Both the position numbers and the translations under genes were made by a program. Below are positions 14,286 through 24,600 of a stretch of 33,075 bases of DNA, piece after piece. The stretch is from a virus. Lineage: Duplodnaviria > Caudoviricetes. The first letter of the stretch is position 1. Each line of letters opens with the position of its first letter. The stretch covers positions 1 through 33,075 of the IMG/VR virus record IMGVR_UViG_3300025517_000005, one strand, 5' to 3'. Under the pieces are notes generated by a model. That model was not told where the DNA came from and ran no database searches. It saw only the letters and a list, made by a program, of their open reading frames with translations.

Positions 14286-15843
14286 TAAAGCAAGAGCCAT
14301 GGAGCCCATTGAGTTCATTCAAATGCTGAAACTGGTTGACGACTTTTACGGTCAGCCTTTTGTTTTAATGGATTGGCAGTATGAAACGATCTGGGATGTT
14401 TATGGCACGGTGAATGATGAGGGATATAGGCAGTATCGGTACGCTTATTTGGAAATTCCAAAGAAGAATGCAAAAACGACGTTAATCGCCGGCCTCGGGG
14501 TTTATCACTTAACATGCGACGGTCCCCAAGGGCAAATTTATTGCTGTGCGGCCGACCGTTCCCAGGCCAGTCTGGTTTATAAAGCAGCTGTCAGCATGAT
14601 TGACCAGGATGACGAACTGAAAAAACTGCTGAAGGTGACAGAGAGCCGGAAAGAGATTGCGAATGTCGAGACAGGTACCATTTTAAAGGTTCTATCAGCG
14701 GAAGCATACACCAAGCACGGCATTAACCCAACGGTCGTCATTTTCGATGAGCTGCATGCACAGCCAAACCGTGATTTGTGGGATATCATGACTTTCGGCG
14801 CCGGTGCTGCCCGTAAAGAACCGTTATGGTGGGTCATCACAACGGCCGGCGACGATCCGGACCGGAAATCAATCGGCTGGGAAATCCATGAGCATGCCAG
14901 GAAAATCCGGGATGGAGAACTGTCGGATCCGACCTGGTATGTCAGAATGTATGGTGCTGATGAAGATGACGACATCTTTGATGAGAAGACTTGGTACAAA
15001 GCGAACCCTTCGCTTGGCCAAACGATCAGCATTGAATCTGTTCGCCAGGAAGCACTGGCAGCGCGCAACAGTGAAGCATCCGAGCGACTTTTCCGGTGGC
15101 TGCGGCTGAACCAATGGATATCCTTAAAGCGGACCGGATGGCAGCCGTTAAGCTTGTGGGACAAGACGGAAGGGAATTGGAACCTATCCGATCTTGTCGG
15201 CAAAAAATGTTATGTCGGACTTGATCTTTCCAGTACGACGGATATTACGGCAGCATGCTATTTGTTTCCGCCACAGGACGGGATCCCGGAATGGCGTACA
15301 CTTTATGATGCCTGGATACCGGAAGACAATATGAAAGAACGTGTTACCCGTGACCATGTACCTTATGACAGGTGGGTGAACCAGAAATATTTGACGGCCA
15401 CGCCCGGGAATGTTGTGGATTATGATTTTGTCCAAGCAAAAATTGTATACGCAAGCAAACAGTATGATCTTTCCGTCTTGGGCGCCGACCCATGGAACAG
15501 CCGGATGCTGACGCAAGGGCTGATGAGAGAAGACGTGAATGTTGTGGAAATCCAGCAAACCATGGCGCAGTTGAGCCCGGCCATGAAGATGATTGAACAG
15601 CTGATGAAAAAAGGCCTGTTGAGCCACGAAGTAAACCCATTGGCACGATGGTGCTGGGGAAATGTCGCTATTGCGGTTGACGGAAATGAGAATATCAAGC
15701 CAATGAAAAATAAATCACAGGACCGGATTGATGTCATTGTGGCCATGATCATCGCTATGGCGACAGCTATGCTGTTTGAAGAAGTCAGCCTGGACGTTTC
15801 AGAATTTGCAAATGAAGACTTTCTTGACAAACTGTGGAGCTAA
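14266..15843 (+). CDS. terL: Terminase large subunit (probable start GTG 14275)
   Basis: Walker A IPKKNAKTT, Walker B VIFDELH, ITTAG, nuclease GLDLSSTTD, RIDVIVA. Confidence 0.97.
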   Translation: MVAVRIDKARAMEPIEFIQMLKLVDDFYGQPFVLMDWQYETIWDVYGTVNDEGYRQYRYAYLEIPKKNAKTTLIAGLGVYHLTCDGPQGQIYCCAADRSQASLVYKAAVSMIDQDDELKKLLKVTESRKEIANVETGTILKVLSAEAYTKHGINPTVVIFDELHAQPNRDLWDIMTFGAGAARKEPLWWVITTAGDDPDRKSIGWEIHEHARKIRDGELSDPTWYVRMYGADEDDDIFDEKTWYKANPSLGQTISIESVRQEALAARNSEASERLFRWLRLNQWISLKRTGWQPLSLWDKTEGNWNLSDLVGKKCYVGLDLSSTTDITAACYLFPPQDGIPEWRTLYDAWIPEDNMKERVTRDHVPYDRWVNQKYLTATPGNVVDYDFVQAKIVYASKQYDLSVLGADPWNSRMLTQGLMREDVNVVEIQQTMAQLSPAMKMIEQLMKKGLLSHEVNPLARWCWGNVAIAVDGNENIKPMKNKSQDRIDVIVAMIIAMATAMLFEEVSLDVSEFANEDFLDKLWS

Positions 15844-15861
15844 GGAGGTGAGTGGGATTGA

Positions 15862-17148
15862 ATGAGTTTACTCAGCAGATTTAAAAGGCAAAGGGTCAAA
15901 AACTATCATATTGATGATCCGAATTGGTTATCAGAATGGCAGACACTGGCTGATTTTTTAGGGGTTAGCCTGGACCCGTCTGATGTGGACGTCCGGGGAA
16001 AACGGGCGCTGAAAGAAATTACGGTGTATGTATGTATCAAAATTTTATCTGAAAATATTTCAAAGCTGCCGGTCAAGATTTACCAGGACAACGGGGGAAT
16101 TAAGAAAGTGGCCGGGCATTACCTGAATCCGATTTTGCGGTTAAGGCCGAATCCGTACATGTCTGCATCAGATTTTTGGAAAGGTGTTGAGGTGCAGCGG
16201 AATATTTACGGAAACAGCTATGTTTGGATTGAGTATGTCACACGCGGCCGGAATGCCGGCAAGGTCCAGGCACTTTACTTGCTTGACGCTCAGCAAATGC
16301 AGGTATGGGTGGATGATTCCGGCTTAATTAGCTCAAAAAACTCCATCTGGTACGTCTATACAGACAATGCAGGGGTGCAGTACAAGCTTCAATCAACTGA
16401 TTTGCTGCATTTTAAAGCCATGACGACTGACGGGATCGTCGGTCTCAGCCCGATCTATACGCTCAGAAATATGGTTGAAAATGCTGCTTCAGCTGAAAAA
16501 TTTTTGAATAACAGCTATAAAAACGGAATGCAGACGACTGGGATCATACATTATACCGGAGATCTGAACGAAAATGCCAAGAAAAAGTTCAGGGAAAAAT
16601 TCGAGGAAATGTCAAGCGGGCTGAAAAATGCTAATCGTGTGAGCTTAATGCCTATTGGCTATACCTACCAACCTCTTTCACTTAAATTAACGGATGCTCA
16701 GTTTCTTGAAAACACGCAGCTGACTTACCGGCAGATTGCAAGTGCATTCGGCATTAAAGCACATCAGCTCAATGACCTTGTAAAAGCCAGCTATGCAAGC
16801 ACGAGTGAAGCGAACCGGGAATTTTACGTAGATACACTCATGCCGATTTTGACCATGTATGAACAGGAATTGACGTATAAGCTGTTTTTGGATAGTGAAC
16901 TGGTAAACGGGTTTTACGTTATGTTCAATGCGGATGCCATCCTACGTGGAGATTTCAAATCACGCATTGATGCGGCAGCAACCGGTGTACAAAACGGCCT
17001 GCTCACGCCAAATGAAGCAAGGGCACTTGAAGAAAGAGAGCCGATGCCAGGCGGTGATCAGCTGGTCATGAACGGGAATTATATTCCGTTGTCGATGGTG
17101 GGCGAGCAATATAAAAAAGGCGGTGATAATACAAATGGGCAAACATAA
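15862..17148 (+). CDS. HK97-family portal protein
   Basis: VYVCIKILSENISKLP, RPNPYMS, GNSYV, GLSPI, LTPNEAR. Confidence 0.96.
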   Translation: MSLLSRFKRQRVKNYHIDDPNWLSEWQTLADFLGVSLDPSDVDVRGKRALKEITVYVCIKILSENISKLPVKIYQDNGGIKKVAGHYLNPILRLRPNPYMSASDFWKGVEVQRNIYGNSYVWIEYVTRGRNAGKVQALYLLDAQQMQVWVDDSGLISSKNSIWYVYTDNAGVQYKLQSTDLLHFKAMTTDGIVGLSPIYTLRNMVENAASAEKFLNNSYKNGMQTTGIIHYTGDLNENAKKKFREKFEEMSSGLKNANRVSLMPIGYTYQPLSLKLTDAQFLENTQLTYRQIASAFGIKAHQLNDLVKASYASTSEANREFYVDTLMPILTMYEQELTYKLFLDSELVNGFYVMFNADAILRGDFKSRIDAAATGVQNGLLTPNEARALEEREPMPGGDQLVMNGNYIPLSMVGEQYKKGGDNTNGQT

Positions 17149-17854
17149 ATTTTGGAATTTTATAAAGAATGAAGCGGAAAATACAGGTGAACTGCAGCTG
17201 TATGGCGAAATTTCCGACACTTCATGGTGGGGTGATGAAATCACGCCGAAAGATTTTAAAGCAGATCTTGATGCGCTTGGCGATATCAGCACGTTAAACG
17301 TCTATATCAATTCCCCGGGGGGCGATGTATTTGCAGGACAGGCCATTCATTCGATGCTTAAACGGCATTCTGCTACAGTTCATGTTTATGTTGACGGTCT
17401 GGCGGCAAGCATTGCCTCCGTAATCGCAATGGCCGGTGACAAGATCATCATCCCCGAAAATGCGATGATCATGATTCATAATCCGTGGACTGTTACGGCC
17501 GGTAATGCGGCGGATTTGCGGGAAGTTGCCGACCGTCTGGATAAAATCAATGAAACCATCAAATCAATCTATTTATCAAAGGCAAAAAATATTAATGAAG
17601 TGAAATTGACGGAATTGATGGATGCTGAAACATGGCTGTCTGCACGGGAAGCAGTTGATTACGGATTTGCGGACGAAATTGAGGATGCAAAAGACTATGC
17701 GGCAAGTTTGAACAGCAGGTTTCTCAATTTCTATAAAAATATTCCTTTAGACTTGCCGAAGAAGGCAAAAAATGAGCGCGAAAAACAGAATAAGAACAAG
17801 GAATTGGAGCTGTCGAAAGCCAAACTGGCGCTTGAGATGGCTCTTTTAATTTGA
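17135..17854 (+). CDS. ClpP-type prohead protease
   Basis: INSPGGDVF, DGLAASIASVI, MIHNPW, ETWLSAREAVDYGFAD. Confidence 0.95.
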   Translation: MGKHKFWNFIKNEAENTGELQLYGEISDTSWWGDEITPKDFKADLDALGDISTLNVYINSPGGDVFAGQAIHSMLKRHSATVHVYVDGLAASIASVIAMAGDKIIIPENAMIMIHNPWTVTAGNAADLREVADRLDKINETIKSIYLSKAKNINEVKLTELMDAETWLSAREAVDYGFADEIEDAKDYAASLNSRFLNFYKNIPLDLPKKAKNEREKQNKNKELELSKAKLALEMALLI

Positions 17855-17868
17855 TGGGAGGCAGGAAA

Positions 17869-19017
17869 ATGAGTAAAGAACTCAGGGAATTGTTGAACAA
17901 ATTGAATCAGAAAAAGGCAGCAGCAAAGGTATTGATGGGAAAAGAAGATGCCACACCTGAAGAAATCCAGGTAGCGGCTGCTGAAATTAATGAGCTGAAA
18001 GCGAAAATTGAAGCACAGAAGCTAATCGATGAAGAAACAGCGATACCAGTAGGTGGTAAACCGGTCGTATCGGTAATTGAACCTGACAAAAACAGCAAGG
18101 AGTACCGCGAACTGCACACAAAAGCATTTCTGAATTACTTGCGGAAGAAGCCGTTGACCGAAGAAATGAAGAATACGTTGAGCTCCAACACCGGATCTGA
18201 CGGTGGATATTTGATTCCACAAGACATTAATACACAAATTAACAATTTGAAGCGGCAATATAAAAGCGCAAAAATGTGCTGCACGGAAGTTTACACGACT
18301 TCCACCAAAACCGGTTCGTTTGTGTGGGAAGACTTGTCAACACTAACGCCCCTTGTCAATATGACGGAAATGACAGACCTGGATAGCTCTTCACAGCCGA
18401 AATTCCGGTCTGTTCAGTACGCTGTAAAAGATATGGGCGCAATTCTTCCAATCCCAAATACGTTGCTGCAGGATGAGGATGCGAACTTAATTGCGTATAT
18501 TGCCGGCTGGTTTGCGAAAAAAGCTATCCGCACGGAAAATAATGATATTTTCAATGTGCTAAAAACCGGGAAAACGCCGGTTGCTCTTGCAGATTGGAAA
18601 GCATTGAAATCGAATTATAACACGAAGCTTGATCCATTAATTGCAACAAATGGATACTTCTGTACGAACCAGGATGGCTTTAATGTTTTGGACAGCGCGC
18701 TCGACGGTTTTGGCCGGCCTGTTTTGCAGCCGAACCCGCAAAATCCAACAGAACTGCTATTCTTGGGTAAAGTCGTCCATATGTTCTCAAACACGGAGCT
18801 TCCATCTGATACGGACAACAATGTTGCACCAATCTTTTTCGGCGATATGAAATCAGGATGCCGTTTTGTCGACCGTGGCGCATATGAATTAAGCATTTCC
18901 ACAGAAGCATATTTCGTAAAAAATGCGACTGCAGTCCGGGTTATCGAACGATATGATGTCATCAAAACCGATTCGGATGCGTATCAGTTTGGCCAGATTG
19001 CTTTACCTGAAAACTGA
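17869..19017 (+). CDS. HK97-fold major capsid protein with N-terminal delta domain
   Basis: Coiled-coil N-terminus, DGGYLIPQD, IFFGDM, RVIERYD. Confidence 0.95.
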   Translation: MSKELRELLNKLNQKKAAAKVLMGKEDATPEEIQVAAAEINELKAKIEAQKLIDEETAIPVGGKPVVSVIEPDKNSKEYRELHTKAFLNYLRKKPLTEEMKNTLSSNTGSDGGYLIPQDINTQINNLKRQYKSAKMCCTEVYTTSTKTGSFVWEDLSTLTPLVNMTEMTDLDSSSQPKFRSVQYAVKDMGAILPIPNTLLQDEDANLIAYIAGWFAKKAIRTENNDIFNVLKTGKTPVALADWKALKSNYNTKLDPLIATNGYFCTNQDGFNVLDSALDGFGRPVLQPNPQNPTELLFLGKVVHMFSNTELPSDTDNNVAPIFFGDMKSGCRFVDRGAYELSISTEAYFVKNATAVRVIERYDVIKTDSDAYQFGQIALPEN

Positions 19018-19030
19018 TCAGGTGATGTAA

Positions 19031-19312
19031 ATGATTATAGAACTAAATGAAGCGAAAGATTGGCTGAGAGTCGACACAGAAAATGACGATGCCAGGATCA
19101 GTTCATTGATGGCAGCGGCCGAACAATATTTAACCAATGCGACGGGGAAAACATTTGACAGCACAAATGAACTTGCCCGTCTTTTTTGCCTGACTCTACT
19201 GACGGATTGGTACGACAATACAGGTTTATCCGGTGAGCCGAGCCAGCAAATGCGGCCGATTATTCAGAGCATGCTGCTGCAGCTGACCTATTGCGAAGAC
19301 GAGGTGACATAA
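19031..19312 (+). CDS. Head-tail connector (HK97 gp6-like)
   Basis: LNEAKDWLRVD..DD..I..L..AAEQYL..ATG, DWYDN. Confidence 0.9.
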   Translation: MIIELNEAKDWLRVDTENDDARISSLMAAAEQYLTNATGKTFDSTNELARLFCLTLLTDWYDNTGLSGEPSQQMRPIIQSMLLQLTYCEDEVT

Positions 19313-19314
19313 AA

Positions 19315-19647
19315 ATGCCGATCACCAGTCCTGGAAAAATGAATGAAAGAATTACGTTTTATAAAGAAGTTGTCAAAAAGAATGATTACGGAGACAAAGT
19401 AAAAGATAAAGAAAAATATTTGGAATGCTGGGCCGCCGTGAAGACACAGTTTTTAAGTGACATCCAGGCAAGCATTGGCACTGTCCTGGAAGACACTCTT
19501 ACATTTGTGATCCGACATCAGCATGACAAAGAAATTACAAACGATTTATCTGTAAAATACAGGAACAGCGTTTATGAAATTATCAAAATTAACCCAGATG
19601 TCGAATATAAAAAATTTGACACGATCATCTGCAAAGAGGTGACATGA
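19315..19647 (+). CDS. Head closure / head-tail joining protein
   Basis: GKMNERITF, CWAAV, TFVIRH, YEIIKINPD; GAGGTG RBS. Confidence 0.88.
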   Translation: MPITSPGKMNERITFYKEVVKKNDYGDKVKDKEKYLECWAAVKTQFLSDIQASIGTVLEDTLTFVIRHQHDKEITNDLSVKYRNSVYEIIKINPDVEYKKFDTIICKEVT

Positions 19648-20078
19648 TGACAGTTGAAGTGGATATTTCCGGAATTGAAGCGGGTTTGAGGCGGCTAGCT
19701 GCGAAGGAAAAAAAGGTGCAGAGGGCTGGGTTAAAAAAGGCGGCAGAAGCAATTGCTGACCGATTGCGTGAAAACACGCCTTATTATGATGGCAAACGCG
19801 ACGGGAAATGGAAAGCACAGCGTCAATTCGAGAAAGAAACAGGGTCAAATAATGGCGACTTTGCGCATTTGCGGGATGACATCAAAATTTCAAATATGAA
19901 CCAATTTGGTGAAGTCTTTGTTGGATTTGGAAAAGAAACCTATTGGCGTGTCCATTTTACCGAAATGGGTACGATTAAACAGAAACCACAGGCGTTTATC
20001 CAGCGAACGGAAGAAGAAATGCGCCGGAAAGTTATGACCATCATGGTAAAGGAGTTTAAAAGGGGTCTGGGCTTATGA
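19644..20078 (+). CDS. HK97 gp10-family tail-associated protein
   Basis: HLRDDI, HFTEMGTIKQKPQAFI. Confidence 0.88.
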   Translation: MMTVEVDISGIEAGLRRLAAKEKKVQRAGLKKAAEAIADRLRENTPYYDGKRDGKWKAQRQFEKETGSNNGDFAHLRDDIKISNMNQFGEVFVGFGKETYWRVHFTEMGTIKQKPQAFIQRTEEEMRRKVMTIMVKEFKRGLGL

Positions 20079-20461
20079 CACTGCCTGCAAAAGCAGTCTA
20101 CGATATTCTTATGGGCAGTCCGGAGATTGCGAACATGATGAATCGGGACATGATTTTTATGATCGATGTTCCGGAAGATGATCAGCAAGTCCAGAACGCA
20201 CCGATCATTCGAATAAATGAAATCAACGACTATCAGGATGGATTTGCTTCAAACAAACCGTTTTCTGTTTCTTTTAGCGTCCAGATTGATGTCTGGGCCG
20301 CCACGATTGAACAGTTAGCTGTTTTTAGAGACGTGCTGGACAAGATCATGACAGAAAACGAGTGGGGTCAATATACAGGCGTGATTGACAAAGATCCGGA
20401 TATTGATCTGTATCGCATGGCTCGGAGGTATCGGGCTGTTCAGGTGATTCACTTTAATTAG
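20075..20461 (+). CDS. Putative tail terminator/completion protein
   Basis: PIIRINEI, VQIDVW, DPD..LYR..RRY; precedes the major tail gene. Confidence 0.78.
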   Translation: MTLPAKAVYDILMGSPEIANMMNRDMIFMIDVPEDDQQVQNAPIIRINEINDYQDGFASNKPFSVSFSVQIDVWAATIEQLAVFRDVLDKIMTENEWGQYTGVIDKDPDIDLYRMARRYRAVQVIHFN

Positions 20462-20473
20462 GGAGATGAGAAA

Positions 20474-21082
20474 ATGGCGACTTTAGGTTTTAAAAGTGTC
20501 GAATTTGGGATCCATGACGGGGACACGGAAATTGTTAAGAAAATTTATAAATTAGATGCCAATGAAGGTGGCACAATTGAAGCAAAATTAAGCGGTCTTG
20601 GTGCGCAAATCAATGCTTTATATGCGTCTAATGTACCGTTTTTTGTAGATGCAAGCGGTACGGGAACGCCACAATTGGAATTCACAGCAGCGGACTTGAG
20701 TGAGGAAATTGCTGCGTCCATTTCAGGCGCTGTATATGAAAATGGCATTTTGAAACTTGGAAAAGATGCGAAGGCACCATATGTTTCTGTACTGCTAGAA
20801 GCGGATGGCATTAAAAACGACAGCATCTATATCGCACTGCTTAAAGGAAAATTTGGGCATCCGGATGGTGTCGATTTGAAAACGGGTGATGACAAAGGCA
20901 AGGAAGCCGATACAACTGACAGTGCACTGACCGGACAATTTGTAAACCGGAAATTAGATGGCTTTACCTATTTCAAAACTCGTTCTTCGAATACAGACTT
21001 TGATTTGCAGACATTTCGGTCCCTCGTTTTTAATGGATACAATGAAAATACGCAAACGGCAACTCAACAAACTGCTGGCTGA
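20474..21082 (+). CDS. Major tail protein (phi13 family)
   Basis: MATLGFK, LYASNVPF, APYVSVLLE, IALLKGKF. Confidence 0.9.
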   Translation: MATLGFKSVEFGIHDGDTEIVKKIYKLDANEGGTIEAKLSGLGAQINALYASNVPFFVDASGTGTPQLEFTAADLSEEIAASISGAVYENGILKLGKDAKAPYVSVLLEADGIKNDSIYIALLKGKFGHPDGVDLKTGDDKGKEADTTDSALTGQFVNRKLDGFTYFKTRSSNTDFDLQTFRSLVFNGYNENTQTATQQTAG

Positions 21083-21083
21083 T

Positions 21084-21114
21084 AGCTGGGCTCTTAGGCC
21101 CGGCTTTTTATTTT
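21084..21114 (+). terminator. Intrinsic terminator after the major tail gene
   Basis: AGCTGGGCT-CTTA-GGCCCGGCT followed by TTTTATTTT. Confidence 0.8.
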
Positions 21115-21126
21115 GCATAAAAGGAG

Positions 21127-21462
21127 ATGCTGGAAATGTTAAAAATTGAACTTTATAATCCGGAAACCGAAAGAACTGAAACCTTTACTGAAGGATTCGT
21201 GCCAGCAAGAACATTGCGGAAAGTGCTGGAATTCGCGGATAAGCAGGAAAGAGAAAAACCCAGTGAGCTTGAGACGTTGGATGAAATGGTGTCCATGATT
21301 GCAAGCTTTTTTCGGGATGATCGGGTGACCTTTGATGCGATCTACGACGGAATCCCGGCAGACAAATTGAGTGATGAAATGGAACGCATTATGACCGACA
21401 TTATGGGCGGTGAAGCTAAAAAAAAGCTGGGGAAAAACCGACCACCATCAAAGAAAGCATAA
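21127..21462 (+). CDS. Tail assembly chaperone (gpG-like; probable start 21136)
   Basis: Between major tail and tape measure genes; slippery A-AAA-AAG near the 3' end. Confidence 0.88.
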   Translation: MLEMLKIELYNPETERTETFTEGFVPARTLRKVLEFADKQEREKPSELETLDEMVSMIASFFRDDRVTFDAIYDGIPADKLSDEMERIMTDIMGGEAKKKLGKNRPPSKKA

Positions 21463-21614
21463 ATAATCTGCACAAAATGTATTCGGAGTTAATGAAGAAT
21501 GGATGGACGTTCAGAGATATTGAAGAAATGGACATATATGGATTTCTGAATGTCATGAACGGGCCGGACAGCAAACAGTATGACGATATAGAAGCTTTCT
21601 ATAACTCAATTTGA
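21420..21614 (+). CDS. gpT extension reached by -1 programmed frameshift (gpGT fusion)
   Basis: A AAA AAG at 21420-21426; -1 frame open to TGA 21612-21614, encoding MYSELMKNGWTFRDIEEMDIYGFL. Confidence 0.82.
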   Translation, partial: KKAGEKPTTIKESINNLHKMYSELMKNGWTFRDIEEMDIYGFLNVMNGPDSKQYDDIEAFYNSI

Positions 21615-21630
21615 CGGGAGGTGAGGAAAC

Positions 21631-24600
21631 ATGGCAGGAGACCAACCCCTTGGCAATATGGTGATCGGTGTCAGCATGGAGGGTACTCAGTTCGCAAATA
21701 CCTTGAAAGAAATACGGGGGCAGGTGCGCCAAGCTCAGAGCGCAATGAAAGCCAATTTGACAGTAATTAGTGGCGCCGGCGATAAGTATGAAACTCTCCG
21801 TGCAAAAGTAAAGAGCCTGAATGAAGTAATGGCGGTTAACCAGCGCGAAATTGATATGCTCCGTAAAAAGCACCGGGAAGCCATTAAAACTTACGGCGAA
21901 GGCTCCGAGCAAGTTTCCAAATTAGCTTCCCAAGTGAATAATGCAGTTGCCAAGCAGTCAGCCTGGAGCAGACAGCTGGATCAAGCAAAATCTAAACTAT
22001 CGGGGATGGATAGCCCAATTAGCAAGTTTTCATCTCGGCTGAATGACATCTCTGAGCGGGCCAAAAGCGTTGGCGGAAAAGTAAAAGAAATGTCTGACGG
22101 GATTACACAAACTTTTGCACCGGCTACCATTGCAATTGGAGCCGGTCTTGGTGCTGCAGCGAAGCAGGCCATGGATTTCGAAAGTCAAATGAGCGCGGTA
22201 AAGTCTGTCATGGCGCCGGATGAGGTAAAAAAGTATGGCGGCGCGTTAGAGGATCTTGCTGTAACCATGGGCGCCAAGACAAAATACAGTGCCACTGAGG
22301 CCGCGCAGGGAATTGAAGAACTTGTCAAAGCCGGCGTGAAAACAACAGATATCATCCATGGCGGGCTCTCGGGGGCTTTAAATCTTGCGACTGCCGGTGA
22401 ACTGGACCTGAAAGATGCTGCCGAGATCGCGTCAACTGCGTTGAATGCTTTCCGGAAAGACAATATTTCCGTAACCCGCGCTGCAGATCTGCTGGCTGGT
22501 GCTGCCAACGCAAGCGCAACGGATGTTGAAGAATTAAAATATGGGTTATCTGCTGTTTCAGCTGTAGCCAGTGGAGTCGGTTTAAGCTTTGAAGATACGA
22601 CTACGGCGCTTGCGGCATTTGCGCAGAATGGTCTTAAAGGTCAGGACGCTGGAACATCTTTAAAAACTATGTTATTAAACCTTTCCCCTTCTACAAAATC
22701 TGCTGCCGATATGATGGATTCGCTCGGTCTGGCAGCGCGAAATACATCTTCTGCATACAATTGGTTAGTTGATAGGGGGATTAAACCAGCCTCACATTCT
22801 GCAAATGACATAGAAGCTTCTTTGCAACGTCTTGCGAAAATTCAGGCAGGTGCTGGAGCTTCTGCAAGTAAAGTAAAAAATGAATATCAGGAACTTGCGA
22901 AAAACTCCGGTTTTGCATCAAGCGCTTTTTACGACCAAAACGGAAAGCTAAAATCTCTTTCCAAAATTTCTGGTCTGCTTCATGACAGGCTCAAAAACCT
23001 TTCGGAAGAACAGCGGCAATATGCATTAAAAACAATGTTTGGAACGGATGCTATCAGGGCAGCCAATATTTTGTATAAAGAAGGCGCCAAGGGAATCGAA
23101 GACATGAACGGCGCCATGAATAAAATCAAAGCTGCTGATGTTGCCAAAAAGAAAATGGACAACCTAAAAGGCTCCATTGAACAATTAAAAGGAAGTTTGG
23201 AGACGGCCGGAATATCGGTTGGTCAGGCATTAACACCAGCCATTAAAAAAACAGCTGAAATTGTTCAAAATATCGTGGACAAGTTTAATGCCCTGCCGAA
23301 ACCGGTTCAGCATGCGGCCGCCATTTCAGCAGCGTTGTTAGCCGTTATTTTAACCCTTGTAACCGGGTTTGGGTTTTTGACATCTGGTATATCCAGCTTG
23401 GTTATTGCCTATGGCACTCTGGCCGGCGGCATGGCCGCAACGACAGGAGTTATCGCGGCAGAAGGGGCAGCTGCAACGGCTGCCGGGGCAAGCACCGGAA
23501 TATTGGCCGGTGCAATCAGTCTATTAACCTCTCCGGTCACGTTAACCATAGCAGCCATTGCAGCACTCGGAGTTGCGTTTGTTTTGGCCTATAACAAAAT
23601 AAAGCCGTTTCATGCTTTCATGAACAGTATCGGATCTGCGATCGGAAGAGCCGTAAATTTTGTCAGGCAGTTTACTACCGCAATAATGCAAATGCTCCAA
23701 GGCAATTGGGCAGGCGGCGCTGATTTGTTGAGTAAAATCGGATTAAGCGACAGTGCCGTACAGAAAACCATCAATATTGTTACGAAAATACAAAGCGCCT
23801 TTAATACATTAAAAGCATATTTGCAGCAGGCATTGTCAGCAATAGGCTCATTTGTAATGAGTAAAATATCGCAAATCAAATCGTTTTGGGATCAGAACGG
23901 CGCAACAATAATACAAGCAATAAAAAATGTCTTTAAAGTAATTACTGTCATTGTTAAGGTAGCATTAGCTATTTTAGGTCCGATTTTTAAGGCTGGTTTT
24001 GCAATAATTGTTGCGGTTGTTAAATCTGTATGGGGAAATATTAAAGGGATTATTTCCGGTGCTCTAAAAATCATTGAAGGGGTCGTTTTAGTTTTTTCTG
24101 GTTTATTTACTGGGCATTGGAAGACCATGTGGAGCGGCATCAAGAGCATTTTTAGCGGTGCCATTCAGTACGTTTGGAATCTGGTCCAGTTGATCTGGAT
24201 CGGCAAGATGCTCAAGACTGCCAAGGCGTTTGTCGGACCGTTTAAGAGTCTGTTTAAAACATTATGGACAGCACTCAAAACAATTTTTAGTTCACCAGTA
24301 AAATGGATTGTCAATCTGGTGAAAAATGGATTCGGCTCCATGAATAAGTTTGCATCCAGTTTTAGTGGCGGATTAAAAACGGTCATGACGAAAATGTGGA
24401 CTGCTTTGAAAGGCATTTTTTCACTACCAATCGGAACCATTAAAAGTTTACTAAAAACCGGTTTTACATCCATGAAAAACAGTTCCGTAAACATTTTTAA
24501 CTCGATGAAACACGGCGCCAGCAAAATTTGGAATAGCATGATCTCTACTATTAAAAGCTTGCCAGGGCGAATGGCAACTGGACTTAAAAATGGCGCAAGC

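Noticed and set aside
14093-15830. Long antisense and alternate-frame ORFs over the terminase genes (similar ones over head and tape measure genes)
   Set aside because: Shadow ORFs of well-supported genes, with no motifs of their own
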